A DNA stretch of 63,390 nt, the filler included, from Octopus bimaculoides (taxonomy: Eukaryota), in the NCBI RefSeq assembly GCF_001194135.2. It is 4 parts of 3 records of this genome, joined end to end, with 100 filler letters (N's around TTAATTAATTAA, not from the genome) between each part and the next. Parts side by side here need not be neighbours in the genome. Positions count along the whole stretch, not along the records: positions 16,232 to 38,853 come from NC_068987.1; positions 38,954 to 62,101 come from NC_068988.1; 2 more parts are not named here. One strand, given 5' to 3'. The notes beneath the pieces were generated by a model. The model saw nothing but the letters and a program-made list of their open reading frames with translations. It was not told the DNA's origin and ran no database searches. Position numbers and translations under genes: made by a program. Shown here one piece after another: positions 26,211 to 39,186 of this stretch; position 1 is the stretch's first letter; each line of letters starts with the position of its first letter.

Positions 26211-26798
26211 GCCGTATTGCACGAATTATAATTAAAAATATATATACAAATTGATTTGGAATTATAGACGAATTTTCTCCAAAATTGCATTTCAGAAATA
26301 AAACGAAGTAGTATAAAGATATTCCTGACAATGTGCTGTGCCGAAATTTAAATGCACAAATATAAGAAATGTAATGATAAGTGAATTGGAAGATGCTTCA
26401 AATCTGTAATAAATTGATTTTATCTCTGAGCTAGAGCTATGATTCCAAATATAAATAGTATATATTTTTTATCTACGTTGCTAGCTACGTGGTTGTTATT
26501 ATATATAGGTTTGGGGTTAATGTGGATATCATTTTTTTGTAATAAAATTTAGAGATTGCCATGTGTTATCGAGGTTTCTTTCTATATGTTTTTAAGATGT
26601 GGTATTCGTGTTATGTCACATAGAGGTTAATTCTAGGTCACCTTATCATTAATATTTTCTATGTTCATATTGCGTTAGCGTGTATCGCTTGGAAGATATC
26701 GACACATACGTAAATTATATAAAGAACGTAAGATGAATCACAAAACCTAGAAAGTCATGTTCGAACTCACATACACAGGTGTGGGTGTAGTTGGATGC

Positions 26799-26859
<61 letters not shown>

Positions 26860-26869
26860 NNNNNNNNNN

Positions 26870-26921
<52 letters not shown>

Positions 26922-27164
26922 ATGTGAGTGTGTGTGTGTTTGTGTGTGTGTATATATGCACGCGTGTGTATTTATATATATATATATATACACGTATGTA
27001 TTGATTTATGTATGTTAGTGTCCAGTTACACAAACAGACTTATCTAAAAATGCATGTAAATATCAGCCACTGTTTTTCTAAAGTCAGTGAATGCAAGTTA
27101 TCACGCGCACTTGCGCACGTACATGCTGGCGCTTTGGTGTGGTATGTATGAAACGGTTATTTTT

Positions 27165-27530
27165 TTTTTACTCTTTTACTTGTTTCAGTCTTTTGACTGT
27201 GGCCATGCTGGAGCAAATCGACCCCAGGACATATTCTTTAGAAGTCTAGTACTTATTCTATCAGTCTTTATTGCCTAACCGCTAAGTTACGGGGACATAA
27301 ACACACCAGCATTGGTTGTCAAGCTTATGTTGGGGGGACAAACACAGACACACAAACACATACACACATGCACACATATATATATACATATATACGACGG
27401 GTTTCTTTCAGTTTCCGTCTACTAAATCCACTCATAAAGCTATAGTAGAAGACACTTGCCCAAGATGCCACGCAGTGGAACTGAACCCGGGACCATGTGA
27501 TTGGTAAGCAAGTTACTTACCACACCGCCA
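27165..27530 (-). mobile_element. SINE family A, near full length with deletions
   Basis: ttactcttttacttgtttcagtc...gccacgcagtggaactgaacccgggaccatgtgattggtaagcaagttacttaccacac. Confidence 0.88.
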
Positions 27531-28504
27531 GGTTATGTATAATTCGTTGCATTAAATTATATTTCTGTGTAATGAATAATTTCGAAAAGATAGGAGATCA
27601 ACGTGTATCTGTGTGCAATTATATACGTGTATTCTGAATATATATATGTTTGTTTGTGTGTGTGTGNNNNNNNNNNNNNNNNNNNNNNNNNNNNNNNNNN
27701 NNNNNNNNNNNNNNNNNNNNNNNNNNNNNNNNNNNNNNNNNNNNNNNNNNNNNNNNNNNNNNNNNNNNNNNNNNNNNNNNNNNNNNNNNNNNNNNNNNNN
27801 NNNNNNNNNNNNNNNNNNNNNNNNNNNNNNNNNNNNNNNNNNNNNNNNNNNNNNNNNNNNNNNNNNNNNNNNNNNNNNNNNNNNNNNNNNNNNNNNNNNN
27901 NNNNNNNNNNNNNNNNNNNNNNNNNNNNNNNNNNNNNNNNNNNNNNNNNNNNNNNNNNNNNNNNNNNNNNNNNNNNNNNNNNNNNNNNNNNNNNNNNNNN
28001 NNNNNNNNNNNNNNNNNNNNNNNNNNNNNNNNNNNNNNNNNNNNNNNNNNNNNNNNNNNNNNNNNNNNNNNNNNNNNNNNNNNNNNNNNNNNNNNNNNNN
28101 NNNNNNNNNNNNNNNNNNNNNNNNNNNNNNNNNNNNNNNNNNNNNNNNNNNNNNNNNNNNNNNNNNNNNNNNNNNNNNNNNNNNNNNNNNNNNNNNNNNN
28201 NNNNNNNNNNNNNNNNNNNNNNNNNNNNNNNNNNNNNNNNNNNNNNNNNNNNNNNNNNNNNNNNNNNNNNNNNNNNNNNNNNNNNNNNNNNNNNNNNNNN
28301 NNNNNNNNNNNNNNNNNNNNNNNNNNNNNNNNNNNNNNNNNTATGTATATATATATATGTTCAAAGGGTATGTTCAACTAGTTCGTTTCGGTATCTAGTA
28401 CAATCTAAATTTCGGTCACACTGCGAGGTTTTAAGACATTTGACTGTTAACTATGTCTTGCTAACATATTAATTCCCGTTTCGTACCGACATATACATAT
28501 ATAC

Positions 28505-28818
28505 GTGATGATGGCCCTCGATTGCTGACTTTCAGGAACATTGTACGCTCTAGGACTAACTTATATGTTGCACTTGCGGCTCCGTTGGTAGCTAATGAGC
28601 CCTGCTCTTGAAAAGCATATACGACTACAAACATCGCAAGCTAAGCTTTCCCCATTCACTATGCTACGAGTGCGCTTTCGAGCAGCGCGCTTAAATTCTC
28701 CATGCAAAATACCTGCTCTTTCAAAGCTTTCCATCCCCGCCCTAACCTGCTTCTTCCATCTGTGGCGCTGACAGGCATTGCTCTCCTAATCGATCTCATG
28801 CATATCACAGGCCTTTAA
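28505..28818 (-). pseudogene. RTE-clade LINE 3' end (ORF2 C-terminus with Zn-finger-like motif plus short 3' UTR)
   Basis: Reads LKACDMHEID*ESNACQRHRWKKQVRAGMESFERAGILHGEFKRAARKR then, after a frameshift, CDVCSRICFSRAGLISYQRSRKCNI*. This matches the RTE consensus W...A.DR..WR..V..G...FE......KR..RK...C..C.R.C.SR.GL.SH.R. Confidence 0.8.
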
Positions 28819-28837
28819 TACACACACACACACACAC

Positions 28838-28895
<58 letters not shown>

Positions 28896-29270
28896 GCACA
28901 CATATATATAGATGTTGCCATATTGTCAACGCCTATCGGTATTTAGGCATAAACAAACTTTAGGTTACTTAAAAAATGTTCGTGATAAATTCTAACTTGT
29001 AAACAACAAATCATTGCAGTTACCGTGAAGTAAAATTCCCTGTTCTGGTAAAAAGGTGTAAAAACACAATATCTTCCCGGATTTGCCATCTATCAGATTG
29101 CCAGACATAATCCTTTAAGTTTTTAAGCCGATATCAATGGGAAATACTTAAGGAATGCAACCCTGGACAGTCATTATCAAAGCTATGATTTTCACTATAA
29201 CACATTCAACACCTGCGCCAGTAGACCACCACTATCGTAGAAATTACTGTATTATCAGCGCCAAATTGTA

Positions 29271-29346
<76 letters not shown>

Positions 29347-29409
29347 CTTCTCTCTCTCTCTTTCTCTCTATTTTTTCTCTCTCTCCACACAGACACACAC
29401 ACACACACA

Positions 29410-29450
<41 letters not shown>

Positions 29451-31269
29451 GTCAGTGATGGCTTCAATAACAACGGTGAGTTACTTACAGATTGCCGGTG
29501 GTTTGCTTGTGATATTAGGTCAAGATATGCTGTAGACCATGCTAAGGAGCCGATCATGCAAAGTGCACCAGCTAACATATACAGACAGACAGGTAAACAG
29601 ACACACTCACTCACGCACACAGACACACACACACTCACCCACACATGTATATTTTTTTAAATAGATATCATTTATTTAGTCACTAACAGGTAAAGCAAAG
29701 GTGTCATGTGGAAATAAATTTTCATAATTTTCCAATCGATCATCTTGAGAATGCTGATAATCGTCTCCATTGCGGATGTGTATACACAAGGTTACATGAG
29801 TTAATGCTGCACTTCGAAATAATACACAGATCAGGGGTGGTGACTTATCAGAATTTCTTCATTGCAATCTCCCCGGCATGTACACAGGTTTTGTGCGAGA
29901 ATTAGTGCTCATCATAGATTCTTATGTTGCTTAAATATACTATGCAAGAATGTTCATGCGCACCCATATTTATTCATTTATTTATTTATTCATATGGTGT
30001 CAACACCACGCCTTTAGAAGATATATTAAGTATACTACTGCAGATAGGGCTTCACCGGTTTTGAATACCAAATGTTTTAATCATGTTTAAATCGTACAAC
30101 AATATTTATAAATTTATGACGTATATGTTTCATGAGTTTTATGATGTCATGAATAAGTGTTGTGCATAAGTATGTATCTATGTCTAGCTAAAAATTCTGG
30201 CAGGAGTTTCTGAGGTATATATCTGTAATACCCAGGCTGGGTAGGTGACAAGGAGAACGTGGGGGGTCATGCTTGAAATTTTTAATTTTCAATTGTTGCT
30301 TATGTATGCAAGGAGAGATTTCTTCCCTAATGTTCAAAATGCTCACTATTGATATTATATTTAATTTCTCAGTGATACAAAAGTCACATTTGGTACTCCT
30401 TCTTATGTAATAGTTGGTATTATATATGATGCTCCATTTTAAATGGGTGTTCTTTACACTCCTCTCTATAAAGGTGGGTATTGGACAAAGAGATTACACT
30501 ACATCTGTTATTGTCTCTAAACGAAACCAAATATTACGTGTGTCTATCCTTTGCTGTTTTCTTGCCGTTGCAATGTCAGGCATATGTTGCTCATCAAACA
30601 ATCTTGTGTAGGACGGAGTGCCTCGTATACCTCAAAACAAAGATACAGGGGTCTGAGTTACAGGTTTCTTACGTATTTCATTACATGGACTTCCGAAGTG
30701 TCATTGCAGCAGCTGTCGATGTGTTATTACCTCTACAACAGAATTTCGCGAACCAGCATTTAGTTATTTCTATATAATTTAGTATAAACGCAGTTGAACG
30801 GAACCAACAATGTCTTTATAAAGACTAACTTATTACAAACCCCACTGATCCGTTACAATAACCAATATCATTACAACCACAACCAAGTCGTGTCATACAA
30901 ACAACACTAAGATGTTTCATTGCAATCAAATATTAGCTGTTATTTCAATCATTGCGTCGTTCTGCTGTTAATACCAAGGCCTATCTATGTCATTGCAAAA
31001 TCCATCCAGATATTTTGTTGCAATCAATAATGAGTTGAGTCGTTACAAGTACCACTAATTTATCAATTTAACTACTTTTTCTGCTTCATCACAGCAAAGA
31101 ATGATTTTTTTGTACTTTTGACAATCAATGCGCTGCATCATTAAAAGTGCAGTCGAGAAGTATCACTCAGCTGAGCATTGGTGTGAGAAATACTGACCTA
31201 TGTCGCTATAACCACGGATTTCGTCTAAACTCATTCGGTTATAGCAGCAAGACCTGAGATCAGAAGGGA

Positions 31270-31447
31270 AGTTGGGGCTAATCGACGAAAGCGCCCAGGC
31301 AGCTGAACTGGTTTTATTTTATCGTTATCTGAAAGATATGAAAGGGAAAGTCGACTTGGGCAGAAGTTCAACTCAGAAGGCAAAAACGGGAGTTTTGCCG
31401 CTAAGTATTTTCTCCGGGATGCTAATGATTCGGACAGCTCGCTGCTT
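31270..31447 (-). mobile_element. SINE family B, diverged
   Basis: gatatgaaagggaaagtcgacttgggcagaagttcaactcagaa...ccgctaagtattttctccgggatgctaatgattcggacagctcgctgc is the reverse complement of family B. Confidence 0.75.
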
Positions 31448-31914
31448 CTTTGTTGGACGCCATGATAGCAGCTTCTGAGGTATGATTGCACAACCATCAT
31501 TGCGCTGATTACATACAATCAGTATACTTTCTCATTTCAATATTTTATAACTTTCGAATTCTCGTATAAATCTTTAAAATATATTAAACGTTTTAAAGTT
31601 ATGTCATCGTGCAAACCTGTATGAATATAGGTATACATATATACATACATGCANNNNNNNNNNNNNNNNNNNNNNNNNNNNNNNNNNNNNNNNNNNNNNN
31701 NNNNNNNNNNNNNNNNNNNNNNNNNNNNNNNNNNNNNNNNNNNNNNNNNNNNNNNNNNNNNNNNNNNNNNNNNNNNNNNNNNNNNNNNNNNNNNNNNNNN
31801 NNNNNNNNNNNNNNNNNNNNNNNNNNNNNNNNNNNNNNNNNNNNNNNNNNNNNNNNNNNNNNNNNNNNNNNNNNNNNNNNNNNNNNNNNNNNNNNNNNNN
31901 NNNNNNNNNNNNNN

Positions 31915-31956
<42 letters not shown>

Positions 31957-32828
31957 TATACGTATGTATATTTTCTGTATTAGCTTAATTTTTCCCTTCA
32001 TATTTCATTATTCTGTAAGCTGCTTAAAATTTCGTTACACTTAATTTCAATAATGAAAAAACGCACACACTCACATGCATATGTATTTAAGGTAAACAAG
32101 GATAGAAGCATCTAAAGGGCGATATCAGTAGTTATAATACGTACGAGCGTACGTTGCAACTTTCTATGAACGCATACGCACGCACATACAGAGACATACA
32201 CAAACACGTACACAGATATATATATATAAATACGTATACACACATATATTCATATACAACGGGGTTCTGGAGAGTTTCTATATACCAAATTCAACTCACA
32301 TAACTTAAGATAAATAAAAAAAATAATATATGATTGATATCACTTGAATAATAAAATTTGTGATGTTATTTATTATCTACATTGTATAATTTTAATTATG
32401 TTTACGAAATTTACATTGCAAATTTTGCTTTTATTATTTGTCTGATGTATCACACCTACTTCAATTTAAAGTATTATGTGATTTGTATACTGTAGTGAGT
32501 ATATGACATTTTAAAATTTAACTGAAGAATTTCTTTACAAATATCTAGAATGAAAATGTATATTGGTTTTCATTCTGTGGTGTAACGTATGAAGCTAATT
32601 TCGCGATATTTGCGATATTTCTTAACGGTGTGTAGAAATAACTTAAATTAAGGCAACATTAATCTAAATGTTTAAATTTACAGCAGACACACTGACGTAT
32701 ACACACACATTCTGAAAATAAAAACTCATATACAAATATGAATAAACATATATATGTGTTTGTGTATGTGTGTGTGTGTGTGCGTACTTGTGTGTATGTG
32801 TATAAATACGCGTGTATGCATGAATTTA

Positions 32829-32882
<54 letters not shown>

Positions 32883-33845
32883 GCATATTTATGTATGATA
32901 TATCCACCCACTAGTGTATGATCGTTGACTTCAATAGGTTCTTCCGCTCTTTGATGCGTTTTGTGTTTGAATCGGCAGGTCGTCCAAAAGGCACCTTCCT
33001 ACTTCCCAAGCTTAGTGGATTTGCCAGTTTTTTCGCCGATCATCTACCCATGCTATATTTTGCAATATGTTTTACTGGTTCACATGCTAGTGATGAAGAG
33101 CAACCGAGCGTGCTCACATAGTTAGTTTGGAAAGAAATGTTTACCACCATGACTTGTTCTATTTGAACGAACAATGGTGATGGGGGATTTGGGACACGTA
33201 CAAGTTTTATAGATTTGATATAAGAAGCTGCAAGATTGCACGTTGGCGTTTCCAGTGCGTATCATAATGTTGCTTTGAAAGGAGAAAAAACAGGTAGTGA
33301 CCGCAGCTCTGCAGCATACTTGACGACTAAGCAGCGTATTAAGAACATCACTGCTGATAAACAATGGGAGAGGAACCAGGATAGCTGTCCTAAACAAATG
33401 CCTATCTGAATTGAAACTGGTCCTCATGTTACAAATGATGGTTGTTCGGTTTTCACAGTGAAATAATAAAAGGCGGAAACGGATTGATAGCTGAAAAAAA
33501 AAGAAATGCAAATACATCGTCAACATGAATCTGAAGGTTGGTTATTGAAATATTCGCAGCATATTTTCTCTGGAAGTGAAAATTGACCCGAAAGAACGGT
33601 TTATATTGTAATTGAAATATTCTTCTAGCAAATGAATTAAGGAGATATTGGTATCGCTGGACTTTTAGAAATTCGTCTTGCCAACAAAGTTAATGTATGT
33701 TGTACATTGGAAAGGGAAAGTAGAGAAAAGGAATACAGAGAGAAAGAGAGACATAAAGAGGGAGAGAGGGGGGTTGAGAAAGAGAGAGAGGGGAGAAGAA
33801 GACAGTGAAAGAGACACGCAGACAGACAAACAAAAAGAGGGACAA

Positions 33846-33882
<37 letters not shown>

Positions 33883-33892
<10 letters not shown>

Positions 33893-33962
33893 CAGAGAGA
33901 AAGAGAATCAGAGAGAAAGAGAATCAGAGAGAAAGAGAATCAGAGAGAAAGAGAATCAGAGA
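33883..33962 (+). repeat. 16-bp minisatellite, 5 perfect copies (GAAAGAGAATCAGAGA)
   Basis: Counted directly; continues from a (GA)n run. Confidence 0.9.
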
Positions 33963-33974
33963 GAGAGAATGAGT

Positions 33975-34467
33975 AAATGAGTCTATTAGGTAAGTTAGTG
34001 AATGAGTGAGTGAATGAGTGAGTGAGTGAGTGTGTGAGTGAGTGAGTGAGTGTGTGAGTGTGTGTGTGAGTGAGTGTGTGAGTGATTGAGTGAGTGAGTG
34101 AGTGTGTAAGTGAGTGTGTGAGTGAGTGAGTGAGTGAGTGTGTGAGTGAGTGTGTGAGTGAGTGAGTGATTGAGTGAGTGAGTGAGTGTGTGAGTGAGTG
34201 TGTGAGTGATGAGTGAGTGAGTGAGTGAGTGAGTGAGTGAGTTTGTGAGTGAGTGAGTGAATGAGTGAGTGAGTGAGTGAGTAGATGTGAGTGAGTGAAT
34301 GAGTGAGTGACTGAGTTAGTGAGTGAGTGAATGAGTGAGTGAGTGAGTTAGTGAGTGAGTGAGTGAGTGAGTGAGTGAGTGAGTGAGTGAGTGAATGAGT
34401 GAATGAGTGAGTGATTGAGTTAGTGAGTGAGTGAGTGAGTGGGTGAATGAGTGAGTGAGTGAGTGAG
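33975..34467. repeat. (GAGT)n tetranucleotide tract
   Basis: Direct reading. Confidence 0.95.
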
Positions 34468-34717
34468 AAGTGTTGGGTTTGCTGTAAAAAACAATTTTAG
34501 AGTTTCTTAAGGTGGAGTTTACATTTTATTCGAATAAGTATTACCAAAATTCCGGAGCAACTATTTTGAGGGGAACCGAAACAAGGGAAGAACACAAACA
34601 GAGGTATAAGATCCTTAAGATGACTTCAAGAAATTTGCTATTTCTTTTGAGAACATGGAAGAACACCTCAGAGAGCAAAGTTGAGAAAACAAGTTTTATT
34701 ATTATTATTATTGTTAT

Positions 34718-34779
<62 letters not shown>

Positions 34780-34993
34780 AAGGCGGCGAGCTAGCAGAGT
34801 TGTTAGCACGCCGGACGTAATGCTGAGCAGTATTTTATCTGTCGCTAGGTTCTGAGTTCAAATTCCGCGGAGAATTACTTTGTCTTTCACACCTCGGGAT
34901 CCATAAATTAAGTACCAGTTGAACACTGAAGACGTTGTAATCGACTCATCATCTGGCCCAAGATGGCTAACCATGCGGCAAAATTTGAAACAA
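34780..34993 (+). mobile_element. SINE family B
   Basis: aggcggcgagctagcagagttgttagcacgccggacg...aagtaccagttgaacactg...aaatttgaaacaatta, preceded by (TAG)n. Confidence 0.85.
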
Positions 34994-36031
34994 TTATTAC
35001 CTCGGCCTTAGTGAATGCGGAGGTATGGTTTTTCAGTCGTGTCTGTTTGTTTCACCGAGGACAAAATAGGGTGTGCGGATGAAACTTTCAGGATTGTTTG
35101 GCCACGTGACGGGCACGAACTAATTAGATTTTGGGATTGATCCGGTACCGGACAGGGATTCTTTATTATTTGTTGTTTTTAGTTTACGTTACATGAAACA
35201 TTACGATCTTACTTTGGCGTTCAAGTCTTTCTCTGACGATCTCTCTTGAAAGCACGCTCATAGTTTTCACGTGAGTTATAGTGACGTTGTTGTTTCCAAA
35301 GTTTTAATTTCGTATCTCCATAATTAATTTCACTCGCGTCTCTATTTTTGTAGAAAGTGATGGATAAAGAAATCAATCTACTTAAACAAACGGCAGGAAA
35401 TCCGTTCAGAAATTAAATAACACTAACATAAATTAAATAACACTAATTATTCAGTAACAATAAGAAATTTAATTTATCCTCGACGATATTTAATTGTACT
35501 AATATATTGCTCCTGTTTAACACCTCTTTCTAGCTCTGCCTTGATGGAAGCTTTACTTCTTGGACTCACGCTTTTTAAGCGCAACGATGTTAAAACTCCG
35601 TTACCAGCACCGTATGCAGGTTCCTTCCGTTTTCTTTCACCCAGGGATGAAGTTTTCATTATAGACATTAATGGTTGTAAAGACACTATATCAGTAGATA
35701 GACTAAACAATGCCTTCATAAAGAAAACTGTTCCTGTTCCCACTTCAGACGACACTCACAAGCATTACAAACACGGCCCACACACTCACCTTTACTTTCT
35801 ATGACTACCATTGGGATCGATCAGGTACCGGACAAGGACTCTACATTATTTTTCTGTTTTTTTTTTTTACTTAAATTTTGAGAGCGGTCGGATTCATTTT
35901 AAGTATTCTCGTTTCTGAGAGCAGTCGAGTTTATTACAGATATTCTCACTTTAGCAGTCATCTCTGGCTAATCGTTGAGAGGACCTTGGTGTTGCCTTGG
36001 CAGAGGTTTGAGCTCTCTAAGTGCTCTTGTT
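34994..36031 (+). mobile_element. Helentron-associated non-autonomous element (HINE/DINE-1-like) with internal foreign DNA
   Basis: 5' end TTATTACCTCGGCC with short inverted repeat TACCTCGGC (34998-35006)/GCGGAGGTA (35017-25), followed by gtctgtttgttt. 3' end has subterminal CCTTGGCAGAGGT (35995-36007), a hairpin GAGC...GCTC (36010-26), then TTGTT. The architecture matches HINE/DINE-1-type elements. Confidence 0.6.
35565..35723 (+). pseudogene. Ty3/Gypsy integrase C-terminal (GPY/F) fragment
   Basis: LTLFKRNDVKTPLPAPYAGSFRFLSPRDEVFIIDINGCKDTISVDRLNNAFIK matches the Gypsy pattern HVF.R.D....PL.PPY.GP..VL.R..K.F....NG..DT.S.DRLKPA. Confidence 0.8.
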
Positions 36032-36046
36032 ACTATTATTATGAGC

Positions 36047-36347
36047 AAGGCGGCGAGCTAGCAGAATCGTTTGCATGATGGAGGAAATACTTACCAATAT
36101 TTTGCGCGTCGCTACGTTCTGAGTTCAAATTCCACCAAGGTTGACTTGGCCTTTCATCCTTTCGGGGTGGTTAAAATTAGTACCAGTTGAGTACTGGTGT
36201 CGATATAATCGATTTATACCTCCCGCATATTTTAGGCCTTGTGCACATAGTAGAAAAGATTATTATTATTATCATTATTATTATTATTATTAGCAAGTAG
36301 GCGAGCTAGCAGAATCGTTAGCGCACTGGACTAAATGCTTAGCAGAA
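36047..36347 (+). mobile_element. SINE family B (36047-~36260) followed by (TTA)n and a head-only copy (~36296-36347)
   Basis: aaggcggcgagctagcagaatcgtt...ttaggccttgtgcacatagtagaaaag; then taggcgagctagcagaatcgttagc. Confidence 0.85.
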
Positions 36348-37009
36348 AAGAAAAGCAGAGAAAAAGGAAAAAAGAAAAATAAAGCAACGGGAGATCGAAC
36401 ACAGGAACCGAGACTTCAACAAGTATGGGAGAGGAGGGACGGAAGGAACTGGAAGACGATCAACAGAGCGAAAACGAAATGCCAGCACTAACGACAGAAA
36501 ATGAAGGGAGAATATTGCTCAAAAAGGGAAACATGCAGGAGTGGTAGTGATGTATGAGAAAAAGTTTTGAAATAGAAAAACAAATTGCAAAAATGAAAGG
36601 CGTAATAAGAGTGAGATTGTGAAGGGACAGTACAAACCTGAGAGCGGTGTTGCTGGGTGAGGAAAGGGCGGCTAGACTGACAGAGATATTTGGAAGCAGA
36701 GTGGACAATACACCATTTCGAGTTCGATACGATGTATTACCACCAGTGGTAAATTTTGCAGATCTGGATTGGGGGGGGGGGTAAGCACGACACAAGCTGA
36801 ATTGTAAAAAGAGTAACATGGAACTTCCTACTTTGGTTGCGGTGGTGGGGATAGAAAGCCATATCCTCATCATATTTTTCACACCTCATAACTCATTCGT
36901 AAATCATTCTATGTACCTCATGTTTGTCTTTGCAATGTCCTTTTTATATTAAGGCTTTATGTTTATAATAATGAAACAAGCTGGTGATTAACACAAACTG
37001 AAGACGGGT

Positions 37010-37255
37010 AACGAGCTTGCTTCACAACAACATGGTTCTGAGTTCAGTCCTACTGCATACCCACTGTGTGTGCCTTGGTGTGTATTTTTGTCTCCTACCA
37101 CAAACGGTGTTGGTGTGTTTACATCCCATGTCATCTAGCGGTTTGTCAAAGCGGATTAATAGAATATGTACCAAACTTAAAAAATAAGTACTGGGTTGCC
37201 TTTTTCCACTAAAAAATATTCAAGGCGGTGTTCCAACATGGCCTAGTGGTTAGAA
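37010..37255 (+). mobile_element. SINE family A-related, internally deleted
   Basis: gagcttgcttcacaacaacatggttctgagttcagtcc...ggtgttggtgtgtttacatccc...aataagtactggg...ggcggtgttccaacatggcc. Confidence 0.7.
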
Positions 37256-37475
37256 TGCTGCATTGTAAAACATGCATATATTTATGTATGCATGCATGTA
37301 TATACATATATACACATTACATGTAGAAGAAATTAGATATGGTTGATAGATATTCAAGTATACAAACCCCTTTAAGCAAACAGAAACGTTACGCCCGTGT
37401 CCTTACATTTGTATGTTTTATATATTTGTATATCTATACATGCATCCATGAGTACACAATGCGCACCTTACCTTC

Positions 37476-37529
<54 letters not shown>

Positions 37530-37548
37530 ATATCTGTATATATAAATA

Positions 37549-37597
<49 letters not shown>

Positions 37598-38163
37598 TTC
37601 AAATATAGGATAAAATCTTTATAAGAATTTATCAAGTAGTTAGCGTGAAAAAAAACCTCATGACGGAAAAATCCAATTATTCCCTATGAATGTATTTATT
37701 TATATTAAGGGCATTACTATAGGTGTGTTTGGGTGTTTTCTGAGAGCTATTTCCACAAAATGTCTATAAAAATTAGAGCCCAGTAGCGTAAGTTACAATA
37801 TTTGGTATACGAATATATCTTTCCAAACAATGCGATGGGAGATGTTATTATTGTGTATCATCAAATATCGCAATTTTAGAATTAACTCTCATCATAGATA
37901 AATCAACATGTAATATCTTACATATGCAGCAACTTGTCAATATCTAATGAGATTAAACGGAGATAGAAAAATTTCTGAATTTATTACACTCAATTTCATT
38001 CAAAATTCAGGTGAACTAATGACATACTTGTTTCATAATATCACAAACCATTGAGTATGTACATTGTTAACAAACAAATTAAATTGTATCTCCCTAACAA
38101 CAATTTAAATACCATACGTATTTCATAAAAAGAATGTAAACATTAAATTATTTATATTTTCAT

Positions 38164-38195
<32 letters not shown>

Positions 38196-38271
38196 TAAAC
38201 AAAAATGCTAGTTCCAAAACCTCTCTAAGAGATCAACAAACCTTACTTATTTACTTAATACGAGGTTTTCT

Positions 38272-38375
38272 TTGATGCTTTCGGGGTCGATAGATTAAGT
38301 ACTGTTTGCGTACTGGGGTCGATCTAATCGACTGATCTCGTCGCCCAAAAATTTCGGGCCTTCTGCCTAGAGAAT
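38272..38375 (+). mobile_element. SINE family B, 3' part
   Basis: ctttcggggtcgatagattaagtac...ctggggtcgatctaatcgactg...aatttcgggccttctgcctagag. Confidence 0.8.
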
Positions 38376-38853
38376 ATTTCGAGAAAAAACGCAACGTTTT
38401 ATATAAATCAGTAAATCATATATGTAGGTGCAGGCCTGGGTGTATTGTTAAGGTAATAACTTTGTAAGGAGGCCCAGGTTTCATATTGTTGTCTGAAGCC
38501 GACAAATATATTGAGAAGGAATTTGGTTTGTAAGATGGAAACTGAATGGAAAGCTGAGATACTCTATCTCACACACAGACACACACATATACACACATAC
38601 ACACACTCATATTAAAAGAAATATACCTTTCAATTTATTAGACATCTAAGAAAGATGTTATTTAGAGAACAGGTTGTCACAAGCGTTTGCGGATAATTTT
38701 TCATACAGTATATATTTCATATCTAACCGCTTTCTTTGTTCAACTTCTCAAATAGCTGATAAGTATTCAATAACTTTAAAGAAAGCATTTCTGTAAAATA
38801 TTGTGATTGCATCAAGTATCTTTCATAAAGACTTTTTAAAAAACTATTATATA

Positions 38854-38953
38854 NNNNNNNNNNNNNNNNNNNNNNNNNNNNNNNNNNNNNNNNNNNNTTA
38901 ATTAATTAANNNNNNNNNNNNNNNNNNNNNNNNNNNNNNNNNNNNNNNNNNNN
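38854..38953. other. Artificial scaffold-join spacer N44-TTAATTAATTAA-N44
   Basis: Same 100-bp construct; 12-mer at 38898-38909. Confidence 0.92.
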
Positions 38954-39186
38954 TATATATATATATATATATATTATTTTGTTTAAAAGAGTTCCAACAC
39001 TGTCTGTTTTTTATGTTTTATTTATATTCCTGCAGAACCAATGTGGGGTATAGAATATGGAATATACAATATATAATATAAAATAAAATAAAATAAAAAT
39101 GGATGGCACCATGAAAGAAAGTATTGAATGTAGATGAAATATTGAGTGTTCAATATAAAGGATCAAATATATAAATATAAATATAT

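Noticed and set aside
26322-26352. cctgacaatgtgctgtgccgaaatttaaatg hammerhead-like motif
   Set aside because: G8 is mutated, position 17 is G, and stems I and II do not form.
30414-30777. Three overlapping 65-98 aa ORFs in a non-repetitive island
   Set aside because: No recognisable motifs, and candidate exon boundaries give stops in all frames.
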